A stretch of 17,976 bases of DNA from Kofleriaceae bacterium (GTDB lineage Bacteria > Myxococcota_A > Polyangia > Haliangiales > Haliangiaceae): assembly GCA_033763475.1 (NCBI GenBank), contig JANRKM010000120.1, positions 64,001 through 81,976 of the forward strand, written 5' to 3'. Shown one piece after another: positions 8,601 through 14,844 of this stretch. Numbering within the stretch: the stretch's first letter is position 1; each line of letters starts with the position of its first letter. Made by a program: the position numbers and the translations under genes. Under the pieces are notes generated by a model, which searched no databases, was not told the DNA's origin, and saw only the letters and a program-made list of their open reading frames with translations.

Positions 8601-9230
8601 CGTTTCGTACAGCATGACGCCAACCGAGTACCAGTCGCTCGCGGTGACCGGCGCACCAAGGCCCTGCTCGGGTGCCATGTACAGCGGTGTGCCGCCGGAG
8701 ACCGTCGGACCTCGGCCGAGCGGCTCCCAGGCGAGGCCGAAGTCGAGGAGGACGACGCGCCCGCAGTCCTCGACCAGGACGTTGTTCGGCTTGACGTCGC
8801 GGTGCAACGTCGCGGCGCGGTGGAGCGCCTCGATCGCGGCGCCGAGCTGCGCAAAGGCCGACAGCGTGTGCTCGGGGACGCGCCGGAGGTACTCGTCGAA
8901 CGCGCGTCCTTCGACGAGCTCCATGCTGAAGTACCAGCGATCACCCTCGCTGAACAGCTCGTACAACTTCACGAGGTTCGGGTGGCGCACGCCGGCAACC
9001 GCGCGAAACTCGTTCTTGAACCTGTAGATCGAGTCCGGATCGTCGTGGCGCAACGCCTTCAGGGCCACCGTCGTGCCATAGCGACGATCGCGCGCCTCGT
9101 AGATGTCGCCGAAGGTCCCGCGTCCGAGGCGCCGCACGATCTCGTAGCGATCGAGGCGCGGCATCGACGGCGCGCGCAGCCGGGGACCTGCCGCCAGTTG
9201 TCCGATGAGCTCGTCGAGGTCCCGCGCCAA
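5649..9230 (-). CDS. Ser/Thr protein kinase fused to a P-loop NTPase (AAA/STAND-like) domain and a C-terminal TPR/helical domain (1193 aa).
   Basis: The N-terminal kinase motifs are YEIVRRLGRGTFGDIYEA, VALK, HRDVKPNNVLV, DFGLA, GTPLYMAPEQ. They are followed by LIGRDAELAWL...LVEGPPGIGKS (Walker A) and a Walker-B-like hydrophobic-DD (VIIFLDDLQWA). Then come ~600 aa of Ala/Leu-rich helical repeats. A possible alternative start is the internal MPRLDRYEIV. Confidence 0.85.
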   Translation of the reverse strand: MARDLDELIGQLAAGPRLRAPSMPRLDRYEIVRRLGRGTFGDIYEARDRRYGTTVALKALRHDDPDSIYRFKNEFRAVAGVRHPNLVKLYELFSEGDRWYFSMELVEGRAFDEYLRRVPEHTLSAFAQLGAAIEALHRAATLHRDVKPNNVLVEDCGRVVLLDFGLAWEPLGRGPTVSGGTPLYMAPEQGLGAPVTASDWYSVGVMLYETIAGRPPWMTNPVAMARAKVHAPVPPIDAPSGPAAHLAAMAMRMLAADPDHRPPAHEILAAFRGAPPRGELRPDVELIGRDAELAWLEASLARSRLRTQLCLVEGPPGIGKSMMARELCRRAAARGAHVFDGRCHEAEAVPFKGLDAAVDSLCNYLVHADEAYVRAVVPAHAEALSLMFPVLRRLDAVLRGTEPPVRAHSPHEIRRHATDALAALLAGVAADAPVIIFLDDLQWAGEDTFSLLAEVLVRAPSVMFLATLRVRATETSGALEAFLSRAATFDAIDVGTLAVPPLDRAAVASLVERSAQRGISADAAWAASAGHPYVLARMLGATGWQAGDLGDNLRRSLDQVSADARRLLEIVALSAMPLPQSMGCLAAGFDGWRPEVVDELREQGLIRTGTHAESLMDVYHDRVRETVEASLSAERYRAAHAELAEFLEGRRNPPAHVLATHYREAGRQGPARTWMHRAAREAARALAFERAARTYAAAAELSAGEDALALHLEWADAMALAGHRAESGRICLAAATLASDGGWVGWASQLRATAGEHLLISGRLTEGMALIGEALAAVGLALPADPYVAVAGSINIGARLVVRGFAFEPRDADAIAPRLLRQIDLLLATAQALNQNDVRSAFVSARALELALEAGHPLRVLRALFFYVMSNAQRDPRHPFFRAALDASEALVARVGGTQERARHTLLRGVVELFAGSVGDATATLEAAQRLCWNATPPLVLDGAMGRVPLLAAYAYCGANPARALAVLDGWISEAAARQDLNAQRWLQSTSVWVLLAADQPDRARARLQEASTGERGEHDLFASMKMLQETAIRVYETPAASCAWIEGEARPAFDRIFASLVPLTRGTFALLRAHAAASAWRAGTADVALARSVLEEGIAVLADGDVLTPGVASLQAQIALMSDDRDRAASAFERAARGWSTQGMLTYAAASGLRAAELRADRAAVDARRAELLALGVAHPGRMADLLVGPGR

Positions 9231-9355
9231 CGATCCGATCCTGCCAGAGGTTGCGAACCAACGCTTGCACTCCTGATCGCGAACCGGTACGAGAAAGGCC
9301 CCGCTGGCGAGCCGTGGCTGCGTTCGCGCGAGGCGTCTACCCCATGAGGTGAGTC

Positions 9356-10393
9356 GTGATCGACATCGATGGTAGCCGCGGTGAAGGCGGCGGACAGATC
9401 CTGCGCACGTCGCTCGCGCTCTCCATGCTCACGGGCAAGGCGTTCGCCATGCGCAACATCCGCGCGGGCCGCGCCAAGCCCGGCTTGCGCCGGCAGCACG
9501 TCGCGTGCGTCGAGGCCGCGGCGCAGCTGTGTGGCGCGACCGTGCACGGCGCGAGCGTGAGCAGCAAGTACCTCGAGTTCACGCCCGGACCGATCAGCGC
9601 CCGCGAGCTCGCGATCGACATCGGCAGTGCCGGCGCTGCGTCGCTCGTCGTGCAGACGATCCTCGTGCCGGCGCTGGTCGCCGGGCATCCGCTCCGCGCC
9701 ACGATCAAGGGCGGCACGCACAATCCGATGGCGCCGCCGTTCGAGTTCCTCGACCGCGTGTTTCTCCCGCACCTCCGCGCGATGGGCGCGGCGGTCACGC
9801 TCACGCTCGATCGCTACGGCTTCGCGCCCGGCGATGCGCGCGCGACCGAGCACGGCCAGCTCACCCTCACCGTCGACACCAGCGTGCTCCGTCCCATCGA
9901 GCTCGTCGAGGTCGGCGAGGTGCGCGCGCGCCGCGTCACGGTGCTGTCGTCCCGCCTGCCCACGCACGTCGCCGAGCGCGAGCTGAAGGTGGTGCGCGAA
10001 CGCCTACCCGGTCAGCTCGAGGTCGACGTGCGGGACGTGCGTGCGCCGGCGATCGGGAACGTGCTCATGATCGAGCTCGAGCGCGCGGGAGGCGTCGAGC
10101 TGATCACGAGCTTCGGCGCGAAGGGCAAGCGCGCCGAGCTGGTCGCCGAGGAGGCCTGCACCAACGCCTGCGCGTTCCTCGACGCCAACGTGCCCGTCGG
10201 CGAGCACCTGGCGGACCAACTCCTGCTGCCGATGGCGATCGCGGGCGGCGGCCGCTACCGCTGCGCGCCGCTGTCGCTGCACGCGACGACCAACATCGTG
10301 ACCATCCAGCAGTTCCTGGATCTCCCGATCGAGGTCGCGACGCACCGCGACGCCGTGCTGGTGTCGGTGGGTTCCGCTACCCTCTCCGCATGA
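9356..10393 (+). CDS. rtcA: RNA 3'-terminal phosphate cyclase RtcA (GTG start).
   Basis: Strong similarity to the RtcA family is read directly: IDGSRGEGGGQILRTSLALSMLTGKAFAMRNIRAGRAKPGLRRQH, IGSAGAASLVVQTILVPAL, and the active-site region HLADQLLLPMAIAGGG. The length of 345 aa is typical. Confidence 0.9.
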   Translation: MIDIDGSRGEGGGQILRTSLALSMLTGKAFAMRNIRAGRAKPGLRRQHVACVEAAAQLCGATVHGASVSSKYLEFTPGPISARELAIDIGSAGAASLVVQTILVPALVAGHPLRATIKGGTHNPMAPPFEFLDRVFLPHLRAMGAAVTLTLDRYGFAPGDARATEHGQLTLTVDTSVLRPIELVEVGEVRARRVTVLSSRLPTHVAERELKVVRERLPGQLEVDVRDVRAPAIGNVLMIELERAGGVELITSFGAKGKRAELVAEEACTNACAFLDANVPVGEHLADQLLLPMAIAGGGRYRCAPLSLHATTNIVTIQQFLDLPIEVATHRDAVLVSVGSATLSA

Positions 10394-10752
10394 GTGTTCG
10401 TTCCCCGCTGATCGCGCTCGGCGCCCTCAATGGCGCCCTCGCCGTGGCTGCCGGCGCCTTCGGTGCCCATGGCCTGCGCGAGAAGCTCGAGCCCCGCGCG
10501 CTCGAGATCTTCGAGACCGCCGCGCGCTACCAGATGTATCACGCGCTCGCGATGATCCTGTGCGGCGTCATCACGACGCGCAGTGCGACCACGGCCGGCT
10601 GGGTCATCCAGGCGGGCATCGTGGTGTTCAGCGGCTCGCTGTACGCGCTCTCGCTGTCCGGGGTGAAGGCACTCGGCGCGATCACCCCGCTCGGCGGCCT
10701 CGCGTTCATCGTCGGCTGGGCGCTGCTCGCGTGGGGCGCGTGGCGCGGCTGA
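10390..10752 (+). CDS. DUF423 family small membrane protein (YgdD/TMEM256-like), 120 aa. The start overlaps the rtcA stop (ATGA).
   Basis: MSVRSPLIALGALNGALAVAAGAFGAHGL...YQMYHALAMILCG...IVVFSGSLY matches the conserved GAFGAHGL / YQxxHALA pattern of DUF423. It sits at the in-frame 3' end of track ORF 9505..10752, whose N-terminal part is an out-of-frame shadow of rtcA. Confidence 0.65.
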   Translation: MSVRSPLIALGALNGALAVAAGAFGAHGLREKLEPRALEIFETAARYQMYHALAMILCGVITTRSATTAGWVIQAGIVVFSGSLYALSLSGVKALGAITPLGGLAFIVGWALLAWGAWRG

Positions 10753-10754
10753 CG

Positions 10755-11405
10755 TTACTGCGAGCGCTCGAAGTGCACGATGTCGATCAGCACCGTCGCC
10801 GCGAACAAGAGCGCGCGTAGGTTGACGTCCTGCACCTTGTCGAAGCTGACCCAGAAGTTGTCGGCCTCGGTGAACATCTCCTTGAGCAGGCCGCTCCACT
10901 TCTTTTGCACGAGGCCCACCTCGGCCTCCGAGCCAGGCAGGCGGACCTGAAACGTCCACGGCTTGAAGAACGGCCCGAACAGCGTGGCCACCTCCTGCCC
11001 CTCCGGGCCCTCCACGATGTACTTGCGGCGGAACCAGGTCCACTTGCGCTGGATCGCGCCGATCAGGTTGCCCTGCGAGTCGCGCACCTCGAGACGGTGG
11101 AAGATGAAGCGGAACGGCCGCCGCAGCACGAGCATCGGGCGGTTCTGCGTGAGGTCCTCGACGTGCGAGGTGAACGGCCGGTACGCCTGGAGGAACACCC
11201 GCTTGATGAACGCGGAGAAGCCCGACCCCTGCTCCTCGACGTTGAACACCGGATTACCGAGCTCGTCGTAGACGACGTAGATGTTGCGGGCGTCGAACGA
11301 GGTCAGGATCTCGAGCCACTTCTTGCGCTGGCGAACCGAGAGCTTCTGCGGGCGCCCAAAAACAGCGACGTCTGCCGACGGTGACTTGACCAGCGAGCTG
11401 TCCAT
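10755..11405 (-). CDS. Phospholipid scramblase family protein (Scramblase/PF03803-like). The start is probably ATG 11405; the track ORF extends to 11453.
   Basis: The C-terminal TEADNFWVSFDKVQD matches the scramblase D-A-D-N-F-x-I-x-F Ca-binding signature. Overall beta-rich ~215 aa, with no signal peptide. Confidence 0.55.
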   Translation of the reverse strand: MDSSLVKSPSADVAVFGRPQKLSVRQRKKWLEILTSFDARNIYVVYDELGNPVFNVEEQGSGFSAFIKRVFLQAYRPFTSHVEDLTQNRPMLVLRRPFRFIFHRLEVRDSQGNLIGAIQRKWTWFRRKYIVEGPEGQEVATLFGPFFKPWTFQVRLPGSEAEVGLVQKKWSGLLKEMFTEADNFWVSFDKVQDVNLRALLFAATVLIDIVHFERSQ

Positions 11406-11429
11406 GCGGGCACAGCGTACACTCGTCGC

Positions 11430-12200
11430 GTGCTTGCCGTGCAGCGAACGCACAAGTTGCGCACCGACCGCGACTGGTTACCACCGAGCGTGTTGCGCAC
11501 GAGCCGCCTCCTTCGCACGGGCATGGTCGCGGGTGCGAGCGCGGCGGTCGTGGGCGCCGTCATCGCGGTGCCGGCGACGCTATTGCTCTGGAAGGGTCTC
11601 GTCCTCGGCGGGGCGGGCGCGGCGGTGGCCGGTGACCGCGCCGCGCGGACACTCCTCCGCCGCCAGGTCGCGCGCATGACGCGTGGCGAGATCGAGCTCG
11701 CCTCGGTCTCCGCGCGTGCCGAGGGTGAGCTCGTCGTCGTCCGCGGCACGGTCCAGACCGAGGCGCCGCTGCGCGGCGTGCTCGTCGAGCGCGAGGGCAT
11801 CTACCGCCGCATGATCCTCAAAGCGCGCGGCACCTGGGTGCACGAGGCCGCCGTCGACTTCACCCTTCTCGACACGGCCGGCAACTACATCCTCGTGCAG
11901 GCCGCCGGCGCGCGCTGGATCGTGCCCCCGCGCGAGCTTGTCACCTATCCCGCGACGCGGTTCCGCGGCGATCACGTGCCCGGAGAGCTACGCCAGCTCA
12001 CCGAGGGCCACTCCGAGCTCCTCGCCTTCGAGCAGGTGCTGCCCGTCGGTGCCAACGTCCAGGTCATCGGCTACAAGACCGCGAGCGCGGACGTCACGGG
12101 CGACGTCGTCGACTATCGCCTGCCGCCACAGCGCGCGACCTTGCGCTCGGGCCCCGACCTCCCGCTGGTGATCACCGCCATCGAAGACCTCGAGCGTTAG
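11430..12200 (+). CDS. Hypothetical protein with an N-terminal transmembrane segment (GTG 11430 or ATG 11523 start).
   Basis: Long ORF with coding-like GC3 bias. The hydrophobic segment is GASAAVVGAVIAVPATLLLWKGLVLGGAGAAV. No recognisable domain. Confidence 0.45.
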   Translation: MLAVQRTHKLRTDRDWLPPSVLRTSRLLRTGMVAGASAAVVGAVIAVPATLLLWKGLVLGGAGAAVAGDRAARTLLRRQVARMTRGEIELASVSARAEGELVVVRGTVQTEAPLRGVLVEREGIYRRMILKARGTWVHEAAVDFTLLDTAGNYILVQAAGARWIVPPRELVTYPATRFRGDHVPGELRQLTEGHSELLAFEQVLPVGANVQVIGYKTASADVTGDVVDYRLPPQRATLRSGPDLPLVITAIEDLER

Positions 12201-12204
12201 GAGG

Positions 12205-12421
12205 AGAGGGACGGTTTCAACTTGCACAACTTGCGGGCACCTATCTGCCCGACTTTGTTGGAAGGCGCGGGGACGGTTTCAACTTGCGGGACGCTTCGAA
12301 CGGTTCTGTGGGACGACGCAGTTCGTGTCTCACCTCGACGAAGTTGAAACCGTCCCGCGTGATTCGAACGATCCCGCGGAGATGCACGGTCGAAAGTTGG
12401 GCAAGTTGAAACCGTCCCTCT
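12205..12421. repeat. MITE-like repeat element with four copies of an 18 bp motif GGGACGGTTTCAACTTGC: direct copies at 12208-12225 and 12270-12287, inverted copies at 12340-12356 and 12401-12418. Terminal inverted repeats are AGAGGGACGGTTTCAACTTGC (12205-12225 vs reverse complement of 12401-12421).
   Basis: Copies and orientations were read directly. Spacers of 45, 52 and 44 bp are unrelated to each other. The element fills the gap between the stop codons of two convergent genes (TAG 12198-12200 and TAG on the minus strand at 12420-12422). Possible TAGG flanking duplication at 12198-12201 and 12421-12424. Confidence 0.5.
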
Positions 12422-13220
12422 AGGCCTGCACCGACACGCTGAACTTGAGGCCCGCGGCCTCCATCGAGTCCTTGATGCGCTCCATTGTCTCCGTCGTGAC
12501 GGCGCTGAAGTTGTCGACGCTGGTCCACGGTCGCACGTAGAGCTTCACGGACTCGGCGGTGATCTCGGCGACGTCGATCGTCGTCGGAGGATCGTGCTGC
12601 ACGCGCTTATCCTCGGCGACTACGTCCTCGAGGAGCTTGCGCACCCGCTTCAAGTCCGTCGCCTGGTTCACGCTGACCACCAGGTCCACCCGTCGCCGTC
12701 CCAGCACGGTCAGGTTCTCGATCGGCTGCGCGATGATCTGTCCGTTGGGGATCGTGATCTCGCGGAAGTCGCCGGTGATCAGGACGGTGTGGAACACCTT
12801 GATGCCCTCGACGCGCCCCAGGTACTTGCCGATCGCGACCAGGTCTCCGACCTTGTAGGGCCGCAGCACGATCAGCATCACGCCGGCCGCGAAGTTCGAC
12901 AGCGAGCCCTGCAATGCCAGGCCGATCGCGAGGCCCGCCGCGCCGATCACCGCGACGACGGCCGTGGTCTCGACGCCCAGCGAGTCGAGGGCCGCGATCA
13001 CCACCGCGACGATCGACACCGCGTACACGAGGTCGCTCAAGAACTTGCGCAGCGAGATGTCGAGTCGGCTGCGCTCCATGAGCCGCACGAAGCCCTTGGT
13101 GACCATGCGCGCGAACCAGCGTCCGATCAGGAACACCGTCAGCGCGACCAACAAGCGCACGGCAAACGGAACGAGGTGCACCTCCGCGAGGTGCTGTACG
13201 TCAGCCCAGGTCACATCCAT
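12420..13220 (-). CDS. Small-conductance mechanosensitive channel, MscS family (266 aa).
   Basis: N-terminal TM helices, then the MscS signature region LALQGSLSNFAAGVMLIVLRPYKVGDLV...G.VEGIKVFHTVLITGDFREITIPNGQI and a C-terminal alpha/beta domain. Confidence 0.8.
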   Translation of the reverse strand: MDVTWADVQHLAEVHLVPFAVRLLVALTVFLIGRWFARMVTKGFVRLMERSRLDISLRKFLSDLVYAVSIVAVVIAALDSLGVETTAVVAVIGAAGLAIGLALQGSLSNFAAGVMLIVLRPYKVGDLVAIGKYLGRVEGIKVFHTVLITGDFREITIPNGQIIAQPIENLTVLGRRRVDLVVSVNQATDLKRVRKLLEDVVAEDKRVQHDPPTTIDVAEITAESVKLYVRPWTSVDNFSAVTTETMERIKDSMEAAGLKFSVSVQA

Positions 13221-13338
13221 GCCGTGACCATGCCCCGATCCGTCGAGGAATTCACGCCGGCCGCGCAGCGGTCTCAGCGCGAAGCGATGGGCGCGGCCGT
13301 AGGCCGTGCGGCGGGAATGCGCGCCGGAGGCGGACCAA

Positions 13339-14247
13339 TCAGCCCGTCGGGGATTTCTGCCACGGCGGCGGATTCATCGACTTGCTCAGATGGTCGATGA
13401 ACAGGGCCAGGCGCGGCGGCAGGTTCTGCCGCGCCGCATACACCGCGTTGACGTCACCCGCCCGCAGCGACCACTCCGGAAGGATGCGGACCAGCTTCCC
13501 CATGCGGATGTCACACGCGACCATGAACTCGGTGACCATGCCGATCCCGCCTCCGGCATTGATCACGTCGACCACGGCCGACAGGTTGTTGCTCGCGAAC
13601 CGGCACGGGCGGCCGACCTCGTAGGTCTGCTCGCCGTTGACGAGCGTCCAGCTCTGGACGCGCGCGCTCGGGGTGAACAGCACCTTGTCGTGATCGTCGA
13701 GCTCCTCGACCGACGTCGGCGCTGGCCGCTTCGCCAGGTACGCCGGCGACGCGACGAGCACGCCTGCAACGGGCGCCAGCTTGCGCGCGATCAGCGTCGA
13801 CTCGGGCAACGGCCCGAACCGCACCGCCACGTCGAACCCTTCTTCGATCAGATCCACGATCCGGTCCGAGGCATCGAGCTCGACGTTGACGTCGGGATGC
13901 GCGGCCACGAACTCGGCGATGATGCCGCCGAGGTACTTCGTCGACAGGTCGATCGGCGCGGTGATCCTGAGCCGCCCGCGCGGCGTCGCCTGCATGTCGG
14001 TCACGACCTGCTCGGCCGCCGCGATATCCGAAACGATGCGCGCGGCGCGCTCGTAGTACGCCTCGCCGATGTCCGTCAGCGCCAGCTTGCGCGTCGTGCG
14101 CTGCACCAGTCGAACCCCGAGCCGCTCCTCCAGCTGAGCGAGCTTGCGGCTGACCGTGGACTTCGGAAGCCCGAGCTGCTCGGCGGCGCCGGTGAAGCTC
14201 TTGGTCTCGACAACCTTGGTAAAGACAACGATGTCATTGAGGTCCAT
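13339..14247 (-). CDS. LysR-family transcriptional regulator (302 aa).
   Basis: N-terminal wHTH MDLNDIVVFTKVVETKSFTGAAEQLGLPKSTVSRKLAQLEERLGVRLVQRTTRKLALT, followed by a LysR substrate-binding domain. Divergent to the downstream gene. Confidence 0.85.
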   Translation of the reverse strand: MDLNDIVVFTKVVETKSFTGAAEQLGLPKSTVSRKLAQLEERLGVRLVQRTTRKLALTDIGEAYYERAARIVSDIAAAEQVVTDMQATPRGRLRITAPIDLSTKYLGGIIAEFVAAHPDVNVELDASDRIVDLIEEGFDVAVRFGPLPESTLIARKLAPVAGVLVASPAYLAKRPAPTSVEELDDHDKVLFTPSARVQSWTLVNGEQTYEVGRPCRFASNNLSAVVDVINAGGGIGMVTEFMVACDIRMGKLVRILPEWSLRAGDVNAVYAARQNLPPRLALFIDHLSKSMNPPPWQKSPTG

Positions 14248-14262
14248 GGGCGGCTCGCAGTC

Positions 14263-14275
14263 TACACGTGTGCTA
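14263..14275. promoter_or_regulatory. Candidate LysR box T-N11-A (TACACGTGTGCTA) containing the perfect 8 bp palindrome ACACGTGT, in the 44 bp divergent intergenic region.
   Basis: Seen directly between the LysR start (14247, minus strand) and the ATG at 14292. It fits the generic LysR-type T-N11-A operator architecture. Confidence 0.35.
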
Positions 14276-14291
14276 ACGGTGATGGCCTAGC

Positions 14292-14786
14292 ATGTCAGGT
14301 AGGCTCGGCGAGCTAACGGCCAAGGTCGATGCGTTTTTTGCGCGCGTCGAGACGCGCCATGGCGACGACATGCAGTGCGCCACCGGGTGCTCCGACTGCT
14401 GTCACGTGCGCCTCACCATCACGTCCGTCGAGGCCGCCGCGGTCCGCACCGCCCTCGCCAGCTGGCCCCCCGAGCGCCGCGCCGCGCTCGCCGCGAACGT
14501 CGTCGGAGCGCCGGCCGACCATTGCGCCGCGCTCGCCCCGAACGGCCGCTGCCTGATCTACGACGTGCGCCCCGTCGTGTGCCGCTCGCACGGCGCGCCG
14601 ATCCGCATGCGCCAAGGCGGCCTGCCGGTGATCCAATCGTGCCACCGCAACTTCACACGCGTCACGCCCGACGCCGACTGCGTGCTCGATCAGGAGACGC
14701 TCTCGGCGCTCACGCTCGCTGTCGATCGCGCGTCCGGCGGCGATGGCAGCCGCGTCGACCTCGCAAGCCTGCTCACAAACGAGTGA
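14292..14786 (+). CDS. YkgJ/UPF0153-type CxxCxxCC cysteine-cluster protein (putative Fe-S/Zn-binding), 164 aa.
   Basis: The CATGCSDCC motif (C-x2-C-x2-CC) lies near the N-terminus and further Cys lie downstream (CLIYDVRPVVCRSHG). This is typical of the PF03692 family. It is divergent from the LysR gene. Confidence 0.6.
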   Translation: MSGRLGELTAKVDAFFARVETRHGDDMQCATGCSDCCHVRLTITSVEAAAVRTALASWPPERRAALAANVVGAPADHCAALAPNGRCLIYDVRPVVCRSHGAPIRMRQGGLPVIQSCHRNFTRVTPDADCVLDQETLSALTLAVDRASGGDGSRVDLASLLTNE

Positions 14787-14844
14787 TTTCGCGGCGTCAG
14801 CCGGTGCGCGCAACCGCATTCGTTAGCCGCCGAGAACCCGGGGC

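Noticed and set aside
9231-9355. Sigma54 (-24 GG / -12 GC) promoter upstream of rtcA, as in the E. coli rtcBA operon.
   Set aside because: The best candidate (TGGCTGCGTTCGC, ~9306-9318) has 8 nt between GG and GC instead of the required 10. No rtcR activator gene is present.
9505-10389. N-terminal 295 aa of track ORF 9505..10752.
   Set aside because: This part is an out-of-frame overlap with rtcA and has an Arg-rich shadow composition. Only the in-frame 3' portion from ATG 10390 is a real gene (DUF423).
12205-12421. Possibility that the repeated 18-mers constitute a CRISPR array.
   Set aside because: The repeats are too short at 18 bp. Only four copies exist. Two of the four are in inverted orientation. 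No cas genes are nearby. Orientation-constant repeats of 28-37 bp would be expected.
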